Below are positions 24,578 to 39,061 of a stretch of DNA of 64,000 nucleotides, one piece after another; position 1 is the first letter of the stretch; each line of letters opens with the position of its first letter. Under the pieces are notes generated by a model. It saw only the letters and a program-made list of their open reading frames with translations, was not told the origin of the DNA and searched no databases. The position numbers and the translations under genes are program-made. Origin of the DNA: Amoebophrya sp. A120 (Eukaryota; Protista; Dinoflagellata); the NCBI GenBank assembly GCA_905178155.1, contig CAJINV010000020.1, positions 1,240,001 to 1,304,000 on the forward strand, read 5' to 3'.

Positions 24578-25853
24578 CTTGGTTCCTTGCGGCCGCGCTT
24601 TCTCGTCAGTAATTCCGGAGTGGTTGGTGTTCGACGGAAGGCGAAGGCTTCACTTCAGAAAAGGAAAATCGACAGCACGGCGTTTAGGTGGTATCGAAAT
24701 CGATGAAGGTATAAAATTCATAAATCATGGTCACCATCACACACTTTGGTGCTAATGTACATTTCATTTTGTGTTCTTTGCCACGGAGAATGATGACGAA
24801 TCAATAAAGACAGTCACAGTTCATGTTGATAAAAAATGAGAAGCAATAGCAAATTTCAAAACTACTCACAACTTACACGATAATCATAATGTACTGGTCT
24901 CTTTCTCAGAACGAGTTGGTTCCCATCTTTTTGTTTCAATTACACATCACAATTTGCTTTTTCTTTTTCTACTCCCAGAAAAAAACGCTAGAAGAATTTG
25001 ATTTTCATTTTCTTTTGATTTTTCCCCCTCCATCATTCATGCTTGTCTATTATATTGTGGTCGTAGATGTCGCCTCGAGTTCAAGGTTCCTTTGTGTCGC
25101 AGCTAGAATAAGGGCGAGACAACCTACTTTCTAAAAGTTTCTTCAGCAACATTTGTAGTTGCGAGTAATTGTAATACTTACAGAGACTACGCATCAATCG
25201 ACCAGATGAAAATGTAACTCATCAATTCTAGAAACCCGGATGTACGAATGCCTCATACCAAACGACCACCGCCCTGGGCATTCCAACAAAAATTTCTCAA
25301 ATACACCCCCTAAGAACGTACCAAAGATCCCTCAACGCTCTCGCTCACTCGATTCGCTTCCACTCATATTTCTCATTTCAGGGTAGATAAGAAGATCAAG
25401 AAGATCAGAATGAAGTCGTATCAAGTAGCTGGGCTTTGTGATTTATGAAAATTTCAGGGTGGAAGATGGGACGCATTTTAGTTTTGTTCTCGAAGAGCGC
25501 ATTGATGAATAATTTACATTTTTTACAGGGGAAGACAAAGACAAGCTCGATCTGCACGCGATAAGATTTTCCTCAACGCATTTCGATTTCGATTTTTGTT
25601 TTTCGGAACACTAAGCCGAGCGGACCAGGACAAGGACATCTAGCAAGAGTCGCAAGGAAAACGACAAACCAAAACAGTGGCTAGTAGAACTAGAACAATC
25701 TGATGAAAATGAACGTTTGACTTCATATGGGCCTATGCGCCAGGTCGTTGTAGTTTTCCTCCGTCCACCTACAGAAGTGGTCTCAACAGTGTTCGTGTAC
25801 ATCTACATGTTCGAATGCATTTCAGCATCACAGATTATACGACGGTCGTCGTG

Positions 25854-28048
25854 TCATTTTGAGGACATCAAGATTCTCCTATCGCCGTGTTCATTCAATC
25901 CTCCCCGTGCACCACCAGCCACACCACCTGCTCCCGCATAGCCATACGGCATATAGGATGTTGTTGAGCTTGCATTCATCATATTTGGTTGCTGTGCGGC
26001 GGCGTAGATCGTTGGTGACGAGGCCTGTTGCTGCATTTGTGGCGGATAGCCACCTGTAGCATTCCCTGGATTCGGATTTCCGTACGCCATGCGCTGTGGC
26101 TGCTGAGTGTAGCCTCCGTAAAGTTGCGTTGGAATTTGGTGTTGCTGTGCTGGGGTTGTACCGCTGTTGTACATGATCGCAGTGTGCATGGGCGGACTGC
26201 TCGGTGGCGTTGCGTACACAGCCATTGGATTATTTCGTGGGGCGGGTTGGAAAAGCAGCTGACTATTTGACATCATCGGTGGCGAAGTTGTACCTCCGCT
26301 GACTGTGTCGTGTGTACTCCCCCGCCGGTACTGCGGCGAACTCGGCGTGCTCTTCGTGCCCGAGCTGTTGCGAAAAAAATCTTCTACTTCGTTGTGCATC
26401 ATGGTCGTGCGCGGCCGCGCGTACTCGTATTGGGGCGAGTAGGTCGACGGTGGCGGCGTCGGCCGGGAGAGGGACGACGTTGTTGATCCCTGCGCTGGCA
26501 TCGTCGCGCGATTCGACGCGTTGTACTGTTGGGATTGATTCAGCCTGGAAGACGCCATATTTGTTCCGCTCTGCACAGAAGTTAGTTCTGGTCTACTATT
26601 TCTCGCGCTGATCCCCTGGTCCTCGCCCTCCATATTGATTCCGAGCAGAACCTCGCCGATCTTCTTGTTTTTGTGCTCCAGCGTGACCCAACCCTCGAAT
26701 TTGCCGCGGAAGTTTCGGAGAACTTCCTTTACGGAGACGTGCGACTCGCCCTCGCGCTTGTTCATGCGAAATGTGCGTTGCCCGTGAAGAATCACCTGCA
26801 GGTAGCTGTCCGTGTGCCAGTGGAAAAAGGTGAAGTTCTCGACGCGGTCGCAGTAAACCTGTGGATTTCAATCCGTGAGTAGCGTTGAAAGTGATGAGAT
26901 GCAAATCGATAAAGATGAGATAGCGTTGCAAGAAAGCACCTCTTCCATGTATCAAGATAAAGATGAAGTTGTGTTTCAGATGCACCAGAAGTCAACAAGA
27001 CGATGCCGTAGCAGAAAATTTGTACCAGTGCCCTTGGTTGGTGCAACTCTGTCCAGGTCATCATCTGCTGGGACCTGCCGTCCAGCGCCACCTCGATTTT
27101 GAAGGTCCCGGCTTTCTCCAGATTCCGGAACCCCATCACGATCACTTCCAGCACGGAAAACTTTGTTTTATTGTTGTCCTCCTCCTCGTAGTATTGGTCC
27201 TCGTTTTCCTCGTCACTGAAGCCTGATTCGCTAGTGCTGCTGTCCGCGTCGTAATTCCTCTGCGTCTCCGGGAAATCGCCCCGTCTAGCTCCTGCCGGCG
27301 GCGCCATCGGCGAATTTCCGCGGGAAGTTGCGCTATGCCAGTCGGGGGAACTGGAGGAATTCGTTGTGGTGCGTTGGGGGTAATTCCCGTTATTGTTGAA
27401 TGAGCCCGGTCGGTTATTGAAATTGGAGTTTTGTTGGCCCTGCTGGGTTGATGAACCTCTGCCAGCTGCGTTTGGTCTCTGATTGTTACCAGTACGTTGC
27501 CCACCTCGCGAGAAGTCCTCAAAGGGGTCGAAGTTTGGCGGCACTGCAGACTCAAAAGGATCGAACCCGGGAGGCACTTCTTGCTTCGGCTGATTCGTCG
27601 TCCTGTTCGCAGATGAGGAAGCTGCGCCTGCAGCTCCGGGTCCGGAAGCAGGTGTTCCAGTTGTTGTTCCGGCCTTTGGCTTCGCCGCGCCACCAGTGGT
27701 CGTTCCTGCTGTGGCCGGTTTTGCTGTTCCAGCTGCTGCTGCGTTTTTCGCATTGCCTGCTGCAGTAGTTCCAGCTCCACCCGCACTGGACTTGTTTTTC
27801 GTTCCTGTTTTGTTCGCGTCTGTCTTTTTCTTCGGTTTGTATTTGAAGTTGCCCGTCTTTTCATCGTAAAGCCGGTTCAGTTCTCGGTAGGACGAGTCTA
27901 TCCGCTGAAACTCTGCCGTTTCCCCCTTCTTGTCCGGGTGGTGGATGCGAACCAACTCTCTGTACTTCGCCTTGAGCAACTTCTGGGTCGGATACAACAG
28001 CTGAATCTCGTCCTGGTCGGGACGGGAATCTAGGCCGTAGTACTCCAT
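25854..28048 (-). CDS. DnaJ (J-domain) + C2 domain protein with Pro/Gln/Tyr-rich tail; GT-AG intron 26859-27025
   Basis: J domain LKAKYRELVRIHHPDKKGETAEFQRIDSSY with HPD motif. C2-like LEVIVMGFRNL...RAL|VYCDRVENFTF...YLQVILHG...EGWVTLEHKNKKIGEVLLGI. An upstream exon is possible (AG at about 28070). Confidence 0.82.
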
Positions 28049-29270
28049 CGCGCGTACGAAAGCCCGCCTCTATTGGTCGGTGCGTGCTTGCCAGAAGAGC
28101 TTAGGCGGTTCCGCGCTCGCTCAAGAGAGCCTCAGGAGCTTCGCCATTGTCTTCTTGTTTGCAAAGACTCCCTGTTAGCTCAAATACGAGACTATAGGGA
28201 TCATGACGCTCCTGAGACGTGATTATATTGCGGTGAGTGAAGCCAAAAGAAAAAGATACTGCTATTGCATATGCAAATATTGTGCTCAAAGAACTTTTAC
28301 TTTATGGATCGCGCATGATAGAAAACATATGTTTCAGTTTACCTTTTGCGCAACCGCAATCGCAGTGGTATTGAAGTAGATGCTTTGGACTGAGGACATC
28401 AAAAGTTCTTCCCTATGTATGTGTGTGAACGGAGAGCGAAATACAAATACTCGAAAAACTAGGACTACGAATAAAACGTAAATATGCGTCGAAAGTTTCG
28501 TAATTCATATCATACTCATATGAGAACTTCTAACCACCGGGGTCCTGCATTTGCGAATGCTAGATTACTGCTTTGTTTTCATGGCACTTTGCCTGCCACT
28601 TCACAACCAGAGTTCCCTACCAAATAGACGTCTCCGCTCGGTAATTGCACGCTGTTTTCCGTGTAAGTACGACCACCAGTTTTGTGTAGCACGATAGCAG
28701 TTGTGATAAAGCTTCATACAGCCATGGCAACCGATGCGACTAGGCGTAGCTGCCTTGTAGTTTCGTAGCTGCCGACTAAACACTTCCGGTTTTTTCATCT
28801 CACGAAACGACAAAAACGATTTTGCGATGCGCATGCTCTGTGTTCACGAAAAAACAACCGAAACAATTTGAATTTTTGCCCGTTCAAAGATATTAACCGA
28901 TGCTGTTTCGGCCCTTGCCGTGCGGTGGAGGCATCCGAAGCAAAAAGAGCGAGCGCAGGCCCAAAAATGCTACTTGCAGTAGACAGTTTGCAAAGTAGTA
29001 GTCCTGAAGCTGTTCCAGTTGTCTGCTTCTTCAACGAAGTATTCTCTTCATTGTCTCTACTGTTTGTACGAAGACCAGTTTTGCACTGTAGTTCATCGGG
29101 TTGTAGGATGATCAAAAATCCTCGCCAAATTTTTTTCCAGTTTTGCACTGGTGGCATTCTGGCCTTTCTATTGATTTTCGGTATTTCTATTTGAATCGCT
29201 CTAATTTTTTGGCCCAGTAGAATATCGTCAGTTTCGAGTTAATCGGGATTTTTGTTGCAGATGCAAAACC

Positions 29271-32200
29271 CTACAAATTCGTCCCCGCCCCGCCCCCTCC
29301 GCTATTGGAAGCTGCATGCAACTTTTTCCAGCGCCCGAGAAACTGCGCCGCGTCCTTCAGCACTGCTTCCGCAAACGACCGGTAGATGGAGCGCTTGATC
29401 GATGTCGTGTCCTGCTCTACTGCAGGTCCGTTTGTTGCTGATCCTGTCCCAACATTCGAAAAGTTCGCACCCGGTTGCTGCGTCGTCGAAGCGACCGTCT
29501 GATACCAGACGACCGCCTGGATCAACACCCGCACAAGCTTTACACACCCCTCAAAGGTCCATTCCTCCACCACTTTCAACGTTCGCGGGGTGGCCAAAGC
29601 AATCAGCCGGCTCTTCTGCTCTTCCACACTCTGCCGCCGTCTGTCCTTCCACTCCTCCTCGTTTTTCTGGAAAATACCGACCACCTTGGCCGCGGTGGCC
29701 ACGTCGTGCGCTGCGGTCGAGAGCAACGTGGGGAGTTGATCTGCTGGATGCAAATTTTTATCGTCCTCGTCGACGCGGCCATTATTTCCTGCAGTGCGAA
29801 TATCACCTCCTGCGTCGTTAGTCGTTCCGCCTAAAACAACAGAATCTGCTGCTGCGGCCTTCGTGTCTATCATGTCAACATCCACTTCATCTGCTACTTG
29901 TTCGTCACCGCCTTTGCTTTCAAAAATCTTTTTGTTTTCGGCAAAAGACCCAACGGCTTTCTTCAAGTTTGTTCCATCTTCATTTTCACTTCCCGGTTCA
30001 GAATCATCTTCTTGAGAGTCTCGGGGTCGTGTGCCAGGGCCCGAGCTGTCCACGCTTTTCGGCGAGGTCGGACTGGTCAGCGCGCTGTCTTTGTTTACTA
30101 CAATCTCGCCGTTGTTGTTGTTGAAATTGAATTGCTGCTTCTTGTTTCTGTGGTTCATGTTGTGTCTTGGACCACTAGTACAACTGCGCTCAGCTTTCTC
30201 CTTTTCCTCCTCCAGAATAATGACCTGCCAAAGATCAAACACTCGCTCCAAAAACCCGCGCTCCCGCACGTGGACATCTTGCAGCGTACCGAGAAGCTCG
30301 CGTAGGAGGAGGAGCAGCGCGGATCGGACCTGCGCAGTCCGGATGGTTTTTTTGGACAAGTCCTGGTCAGTTTCGTCTTCCAAAAAATCGTCCTCGTCCA
30401 CTGACAAGCAGGCTGCAGCGGCCCCGCCTACCGGGGAAGCAGGCGTAAGGTCATGACCGTTCTTCGCACCAAACTTGTTCTCAACATCGCCTCCTGTACG
30501 AAAGTCCCCGACAACTACTTCCGTTGTCTTCATCTCTGAATTTACTGCAGCTGTAAGTGGTGAAAGCGCTGATGATGAAAACGATGTTCGTGCCTGTTCT
30601 TTCCGCACTCCGAACAGGTAGAAAACTTTTTCGCAGAACACGAGCTCCCTCTGCCGAAAAAGAAGCAGGGCTGCCGCGCGCTCCAGCAATTCCAGTGGTT
30701 GCACAATACGTGGAAGGTGCTTTTTTTCGTACTCTGGGAAAAGGTCAGCGACGTAATCCTCGACCGTTGCGGAAAACAACGAAGGGAGTTGGTGTGATTG
30801 TGAGTGGTAAGAAGAAGAGCTTTGTTGCTGTTGCACTGCTGGAGCTGGCCCCTCGTACAATCGCATACAGAGTCTGCGAAACACCGGCAGCACTTGCTGC
30901 ACCACAAGACAGGTGTCATTGCCACACCAAAAGGTCCTATTTGGTTGCTGGGAAGAACTCGTCGCGTTTTGACCGCTATGATTACTCGCGCCTCCTGCGT
31001 AGTAGTTCTGCCGACTTGTCGTCGCCCCCGCTGGCGTGGTGATTGTGACTCCGAGAGCGGACTTGCTCCCTCCCGAAGAGTGCTGCTTGCCGACTGCGTG
31101 GCCGCCTCGTTGGTCCTGCTTTCGCGCAGATTGCGCGCCACTATTGCCGGGGATACTCAGATGCGATGACCCATTCCTATTGCTAGTACCCATCCCAGAA
31201 TTCGTCTGTTTCTTGTTCCTGCTGTTTAGTTTCACGCTGACTAACAAACTGTCCAGAACCAGCGCTGGCATGGAAATGAGCGTCGCGTCAAATGTGCTGA
31301 GATCCGGGTAGCAGTACTCATCTTCCTGCGTTCTTGTGCCTGCTCCTGACGCTGCATCAAAGAAACAAGTTTGATTCGCCGCGGCTGCTGCGTTCTTGCC
31401 GCCGCGACCGTGCCTGTTACTTCCCCGCGCAGCTCCTCCTACTGCGCTCCCGCCGGTCTGCGGCGCGAACAGGCTGCCCAGGAGCGTCGGTGTGGATGAA
31501 GCCTCGAGCTCGGTTTTGTTCTTTGGAGACACGGCATTTCCACTGCCTGCGGACCCAGATTTGGAAGTACCACCACCCGGCCCACTGCCCGAAGTCGCTT
31601 GTCCTGGTCCACCTGCCGAAGAGGACGCTGAACTAAACGCATCACTCGGACACGCCAACAAAGTCCAGAGAAACGGAATCTTTTCCGAGGCACACAGTCT
31701 CCGCGCGCGGTCCACGATCCTCGCGAGGAGATCCGGCGGCAGCGACGGCGAGGCACGCCCCCAGACGGAGGTGAGTTTCGACCATGGTAAAAGGTGGAAC
31801 TCGTACAGATCGGAGGATTTATTGTTCCCGCCTTGATCCACATTCGATCGCGATGAGTGCTTCGCACCGACAAACGTCGTGGTTGCGTGACTGATCAGGT
31901 CCAAAGGTTGCAAATTGAGATTGCTACTTGCAATGTTGTTGCCGCTTGCGACGACCTGCAGTGTGCTCGAGCTGTGACCCCGAGAAGAGGACGATGTGGA
32001 TGTGCCGGTGAGTTGTTTCTTGTTGTTTATCAATCCCGTTGCGCCCGTGCTTGACTTACTCGACTGATTTTGTTCCTGTTGCTCTTCTAGCGAGCCGTGC
32101 CGAAAATTATTTGCTCCCCGCGAAGAAGAGGCTGAAGACCCGCCTACGACAGCACCGGTCGCGCCACCGTAACTGTGAAGATGACCGTGAAAATTATGAC

Positions 32201-35200
32201 CCGCGCCCCCCGCGTTGGAGGAGGAGTTCGTCACGCTGTCTTGGTCCGGCTCCCTGCTGGAAGACCCTTTCCGACGGCCTCCATGTGGAGATGATCTTGC
32301 TCCAAATTCTTGCTCAACGCCGCCGCGGTCGACGAGTTCTACTTGCGGAATAAATGCAGCCTTGTTTGCGCTTTGTAAACCGGCCGGAGTGCTGGACATG
32401 AGCGTGTACGGGTATAATTCGGATCCTGCTACGGTCCCGGCATGATTAGTCGACGTAGTATAACCAGCAGGAGAAATCGTCAGCACCAATCCGTTCCGCA
32501 GCAACCTCCCGCTGCGTTTCACCGTCTCCAGCCGCCGTCCGATCTTGGCAAACCGGTAAACCGCGTTTGTCTGCGCGACCATTTCCGACAGCAGGACTAC
32601 CCGGCTCCAGGGCCAGGCATTCAGGGAAAGCGTGTTGCTGTTCAGTGAGAAATAAATTGCGTTCAGCTGGTGCTGCTGATGGGTCCCAGAGTGGTTGTTG
32701 TATCCAGCGGAATTGTGGTCTGAGTCGCTCATTCCGTTTGTCGCCTGCAGGTAAACAAAGCAATCGAGTAAGTCCTCGACGGAAAATTGAAAATCAGCAT
32801 GATCTCCTCGATACAAGTTTACTTGGCGACTTTTATTTGCGTTTGCCACTCGTGGCGCGTGATGTGCTTGTAGTTGCCGTTTCGCCTTCAAAAAAGGCAC
32901 CACTCGACGATCCAATTCTTCTACGAAGGGGTCCAACGGCCGACAATAGGCGACAAAGGGCAGTAACCCCCGGTAGAGTTGTTGGAGAAAAATCTTTAGT
33001 TGCGAGTAGCGGAGGCATGAGGACGGCTGTGAAAATCGTCCTGGCATTGCCAAAGGGCCGGCAGTTTTGCAGCTTCCACCGTTTAGTATCCCGAGATTCA
33101 ACAGCAAACTCAATCGCTTCCGGACAGTGCTGGTGAGCAGCCGACTCGGATTATGTTCCGCCCCACCAGCAGCTCCCCGGGCCGCATTGACTTGCGCGAG
33201 CGAGGCGCTATTGGTTCCTGTTTGCACTTTCGGCAACCCGAGGTGGGCTTGCAGGAGGCCGTTATCTACCTGCTGTAGTCCGCGCGCAGCAGCACCGCCC
33301 CCTCGCTTACTTCCTTGTCCCCGGGCTCCGTAGCAAAGCGCGGGCGGACTAGAACGCGCACGAGTCCGTGAGGAGCAGATGAACTCCAAGAGAAAACCTT
33401 CGTCAAAGACGTCATTGAAAAAAGCCCCGTGCTTGTTTGTTCCTGCAGTAGTAGACACACCCTGCGCTGTATTACCGGCGCTTGTACTACTACCTGCTTG
33501 ATTCGACGCTGTCGAAGAGGTGGACGACCCCAACGCCACTGCAAACGCTTCGTGAAGCGGACTTGCCGCAGCTGCTCCTCGGTTACTACCGAGTCCAAAG
33601 CCGCCAGGCCCCCGCTGACCCTGTCCTCCGCCGCGTTTGCCACTCCGTTCCCCAGAGCCTCGGCGCTGCTCGCCACTGGAATTCAGCAACGACCCCTGTC
33701 GGTGGAAGCTGCTTTTTTCGGCGACCATGGCCCGGGACGCGGACCGGAGTAGGGTCGGACTTTTGGCATCTTGTTTCGTTGGGCTTGTTCCAAGGCTGGC
33801 GTTGTCCCGCCACAACACGGTGCACCGACCTTGCAGACTCTCTTGCTTCGCGGCCTCGTAGACCAAGAGCCAGTTTTGCTGCACTTTGGAGAACGGCACA
33901 TGCGACGCAGAACTACCCGCAGCGGGGAGCTTCCCAATGCGGGCCGCGAAGGGGGTGACCGCGGCATAATTTGCAGAAGCATCTTCGTGTCCTCGGAGGT
34001 GTTGCACTAGTCCTCCGCGTGCTACACCGTGATGTGGCAGAGAAGTTACACCCGTATAGCAAGCAGAAGAATTGTTCCAATACGAACAGCCCCCAGGGAG
34101 CCTTGATCCTGGCAGCAATCTCTCCGTCAGCGCACACCCACGCAGCTCTTGCGACGGATGAAGCGGTAACACCTCCGGTTTCCGCAGGGCAAACAGCGCC
34201 TCGCCTTCCTGCGCGAGCAGCAGACGGTGCCCCGTTCTGCTCGTGGCCTTCTTTTTGTTTCCTTGCTGCTCGGCGCCCGTGCGCGCCGGAGCCAAATGTA
34301 GGAGCTCCTCGCCGACCGAGCCGCGTAGCGAGGCCGTGCTAGTCTGCCGCATCGGCATCGCTTTACCCAACATCGTGCCGGCCTGGAGTGTGTTTGCAGG
34401 TAGCAGGTCACTTGCGCACAGAAGCAGCGCGTGCGAATCTTTTGTTTGCGTGAAGATTGAAGGTTGTAAAGAGAAATTTTCACAAGAGGCCACCACTCCA
34501 CGGAAAATTACACAACGATGTTGATGTAGTTTAAATTTTTCCGTGACATACAGATACATCAAATACATACAAATACCAGCATCACGAGCCGAAAGTCAAC
34601 AATACCGCAGCATTCGAAGCTCTTGCGCCACCTTGATTCAACTGTCCTGGACCTGGCCTTCCTGAATTTTTTTCTGATGCTTTATTCGCGCTACCAGTCG
34701 ACGTGTCAGATATCACGCATCTTGGATCACTTTGCAGACCCGCACAGCTCGTCACACGAAGGACGTCGATGGATTTTTGAGAGGTTGAAGTTATTTGTGA
34801 CGCAACTCGCAAGTCGTAAGCGAAGTTCAGACGGAAAGAGACATCTGCAAGAACGGTCGTCGAAGTTGATCCCGGGAAGAATTTCGCGACCGTTCCCCCG
34901 CCCGGGAGAATAGACGCTGCTGAGAGAGTTCCTGAAGATGCGACATTCGCTCCAGACGCATTTATCCCCGCAGACGACTTCACAGCAGCCGCAGATTGAG
35001 TACTAGACGCGCCCCAATTTTGCTTCGCCACGTAGGAGCCCAGCTCCGCTTCGAGCAACGAGAGGCGCGTAAGGGAGCACCCGGCGCTCGCCGAGGACCC
35101 GCGTTGTCCACCAGCCCTGCTCGCTGCAAAGCTTGTTGTCGTGCTCTTGCTAGAGGCGAAAAAGGACACTCGCTTGCTCTGTTGTATACTCGCACCGAAG

Positions 35201-38200
35201 CCCTGCATGAGGTGCCCAATGGTGGAGATGTTGTTCCGCGTCGAAAGTGTTCGATCCATTGGCAAAGCTCGGGTCGGTGCCGCAGGAGCGGGAGCTGTGG
35301 CCGCCACGGCTGATCCTGCAAACGTCACCTGCTGCTGCATTCCATCGCTCGTTGTGACTGCGGACGCAACGTCCACTGAGGCGCCGCGCTGCCGGTGGTC
35401 AAGAAGCTCGCTCGGAGCGCCGGCGGAAGAAGAAACTATAGCTGCAGGCAATCTCTCCCCAATACGCCGGCCTTCATCTTCCAGCAACCCTGTCTGTTCT
35501 TGGCTGCTTTGTTTTCTACTGCTCGCTTTATCGCCTCCAGTATTTGATGTTGACGCACCAGCAACCGCTGAAGCTGATACTGCGCTCGCTTTTCTTCCCG
35601 AGGAAGTACTTCCGTGTGTCAAAGAACTGCCAGCGGGCAACGTGGCCATGAACGCAGCGCGCAGTCGCTCTTGCGATCCTGCCCCGCATAGGTGATCTGC
35701 TGGCGTTCGATCGTGTTCCACGGGGACGTGACCGGTGCCCGCGAGGAGAATCAGCGGGGCGAACAGCTCAACGATGTGAATCCGGAACTCCGCGGTGTTG
35801 TAATACCGTTCCAAGATGAGGCAGAGCGAAACACCGTACGCCAAATCCTCCTCTTCATCGGACATAAGGTGCAGGAGATCCGGGGGCGACAGGTATTCTC
35901 CTGCGGCACAGGCAGCACCGGCGTGAGAAGTAGTCGCTCCAACACTGCAGATCCACTTTTCGCAAATTGTGCTCCAGTACTCGGGCGTGGTACGGAAGAG
36001 CAACCAGGACAGGAACTCGCTACGCTCCTTCTCCTCCTGGGATAGACGGTGCGGGGAGAGAGCTGCAGATCCGGGATGAGAGGGCGCAAACGCTCCTGCA
36101 CTGGACGCCGCAGTTGCCCCCTGCGCCCCAACGTCATGCTCGAACAAAACGGCAGAAAACTGAGACGCGCCCATCCTGGTACTAGGGTAGATAATGTAGA
36201 CAACCTATACCCGCCGGAACTGGATAGACCAGGCAGAAACTTTTGCATGCTGCTATTTCAGCAGCCACATACCGCCTCTTTCCTCACGTACTTCGCGACC
36301 TCTTCATTCAATTCTCTCAAAGAAAACGGAAAGTAGAAGCACATATCGTGCCCTATGAACACCAACCCTTCATCTAGATTGCAGCCCTTGCAGCGTAGTT
36401 GTCTGCAGCGGCTGAGTGTCGCAATCTCTTACTTCGCCGACGACGATGCTTCTCCCCCAGTCCAAGTATGGCGTCAATGGTAAGCACACCATGATCGCGC
36501 GGGGGCCGGGCAAGAAGCCGCTAAACAGCAATCGCAACTCCACCCCGAAGGCCGGCCACCTGTAGCTAGACACAGCGCCAGGCCGCGGCGAAGTATGCGT
36601 GAGTTGCGCGCTGGCCCAGTGGGTAAAGCGCGCGGATGTGGGCGCGCTCGGCCGAGACGGAGGGCCACCAGCGCGGGGCTACTGGCATAGCGGGCCCCCG
36701 CTCTTATGGAGGCCGATGTCGAAGGAAGCACGCTGTCAAGTTGCAAAGCAAAAAACTTGCGCGCCGGCCCCTGGCGGAGGCCGGCGCAACTAGTGCGCTT
36801 CTGACTGTTGGCGAGGCCGCGGCACGCCAGGGGGAAATCACGAACGCCATGGGCCGCCGAGCGAGGGCCGCCCGGCTGCGTCTTTTTTTGATGGCCGCCG
36901 GCTGGGGAGAGCGAAACGACTCGGCCACCGTAGCCCATCCCCCAACCGGCAGGCCCGCCGGCCCAAGGCCCGCCCGGCCTTCTTTGACGCCCTGAATCGC
37001 GGCGGACTCTCCTCGTCACCGACGAAGGAAACAGGGCACAGACAAACTACCCGCCCGCGGCCAGTTCCTTCAGACTCATATCGGCCGCAACGAATTGCGG
37101 CGCCGCCGGCGGTATTGGTCTCAACGTGTCAACGCGGGGGACTGCTGCACCGATAGCGGCCCCTCCACGCCACAAGCCCGGCTGGTAGGTGGCCGTGGAG
37201 GTTTGCAGCCTGCGCAGCTCCGGGATGTTATCCGAACAGCCGGCCCGCGGCTGCGCAGCCTCGTACTTCTTGGTGGCAATTTTCTTCCGCAAACGAGATC
37301 CAAAGACGAGACTGAGGCGCGCCCATCTTGGTCGAGCAATCTACTTATTTACTTAGCGCACTTGTAGGGCCTTCGCACTGAATGGACGAGGAGACAGAAG
37401 CTTGGGCTTCTCTCTGCACGCTGTTGCTGGAATAGCGGGTAAACTAACATCGACTCCTCCCTCCCGTAGGACACGCCCTGCCTCATGTGGTCACAACACA
37501 ATAAACTCCGACTCCAAGTACCACATATCGCGGACATAAACAACAAACAACAACCCCTCTAGCTCTGCCGCCACGTTCGCATCTTAGCCTGCGGCTGGTG
37601 TGATATCGCTATCTCTCTGCACGTTCGTCTCCGGCGAACATCGCCGACTTGCCTCGGGCCTGTCGCTCTGGAGGCGAAGATTGGCACACCATCGATCACG
37701 TGAGGCGAACCATTTGGCAAGCGCAATTCCCCAAGGGCCGCCCATATGTAAATAAGTAGAAGATCGGGCCGCAGCGCCCTATGTGTGAGCCCCGCCGCGG
37801 TCCAGTGGGAAGGCGATGGACGCGCGCGGCCGACGCGGATGGCCACCAGCGCACGTCATGCAGAGCAGACATGCCCGACACGGCTCTTCCTCCGCCCCGA
37901 AGAGAGCTTCTGACCCCCGCCTGGGCCTGCGCAACAGGTTTACTCCAGTGGGCGGAGGAACTGGTCGCGCGGGCCTGCGCGTGCGAATGAAAACCCAGGC
38001 CGCGGCAGGGCGCGGCCCTATACACACGGAGCCGAGACGCAGCGGGGCCGGCCGGCCCCGGGCCCGGCTGGCCGGGTGGCCGGCAGCTGGCACGCTGGGC
38101 GTGCAGCGCGCATGCCTTGCGAGACGGCCCGGCGCCTGTATGGCGATGCTGGGTCTGGGGGCGGGGCCCACACCCACACGGAGAAACGCTGGGCCTCCTC

Positions 38201-38700
38201 GCAAAGGAGGTCTTCCTTCCAGCGCGCCAGCGATCCTTCCGCGCCGCCTCCTGCCTGCAGTGCCTCGCGCGCGGCGGACGACCAGGCCACAGCTCGCAAG
38301 CTGGTCGCTATCTCCCGCAGCGCCTCCACTTTTCCAATCTCGTCCACGTCCAGGATCTTCATGGCTTCGGGCAGCGGAATAACGGTGGCGCGGCCGTCAA
38401 TCTTCACGACAGGCGACTGACTCTGGCCGATTACCTCCACTGTGCAATTTTCTAGGAGAAAATTCGGCACCGGAACGACATGCCTCTTCCCGTCTTCACG
38501 CAACCCTTTTTCGGGAGCGGAGCAATCCACTACCTCACCGACCTCGTACGCAACCTCACCCCTCAATCGCCTTCTGTCGCTCTACCTTCTCCTGAACGTA
38601 CTCTCATTCGTCCTCGGTGAGTACTATCGTACTCAAATGTAGATTATCTCACCTGGCTGTACCAAAAACAACCAGCAGGAAGCAAGTGGACCAAGACCAA
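29271..38700 (-). CDS. Large hypothetical low-complexity protein (over 2200 aa); exon structure tentative
   Basis: Long ORFs 29271..34568 and 34582..36174 can be joined by a tentative GT-AG intron at about 34439-34631. Small upstream exons 36273-36315 and about 38653-38700 splice in frame through GT-AG introns 36205-36272 and 36316-38652, giving WSTCFLLVVFGTA|RELNEEVAKYVRKEA|VVYIIYP. No family recognised with confidence. Confidence 0.6.
36570..38630. other. GC-rich island inside a putative 2.3-kb intron, probably a decayed insertion
   Basis: Abrupt shift to G/C-run-rich sequence with no coherent host-like ORF. Contains a disrupted coding fragment and a 13-bp inverted pair (37340-37352 / 37748-37760). 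Confidence 0.5.
38200..38625 (-). pseudogene. Disrupted coding fragment of unknown origin
   Basis: Protein-like reading VLTEDE*EYVQEKVERQKAIEG, then a frameshift into EVAYEVGEVVDCSAPEKG...VVKIDGRATVIPLPEAMKILDVDEIGKVEALREIA; one internal stop and one frameshift. Confidence 0.4.
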
Positions 38701-39061
38701 CCTGAAGATGACGATATACGATAATATTGCAACACTAACACAGACGACGACGTCAAAGTCTGCGTCCCAAAAACTGGCGCAGCAACAGCATTGAATGAAG
38801 ATTACACGTAGATCAGATCTACCCGGCCGCATTGCGCAACACATTCTCCATTCATAAGTAAGGACTTCTTCCTTCTTCCAGTGAAGCTGAAAGAAACTGT
38901 TCTTTATGCTTCACGATTTTCATTAATCTCTTTTTCGGTCTCGGTCGAACGCCCGGCGGCGCATTCATAATCTCATTTTCAGGTCGAGTTGTTCAGGGGT
39001 TTCTCTGTACATTCATCCTGCGTGATCAGCAACACCAACGAACGAACCAGCAAGCGCCTTT

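Noticed and set aside
36100-38700. Mediator MED16 or other WD40 assignment for the large hypothetical gene
   Set aside because: Only a vague WS...VYII resemblance in a tentative exon model; not enough without a profile search.
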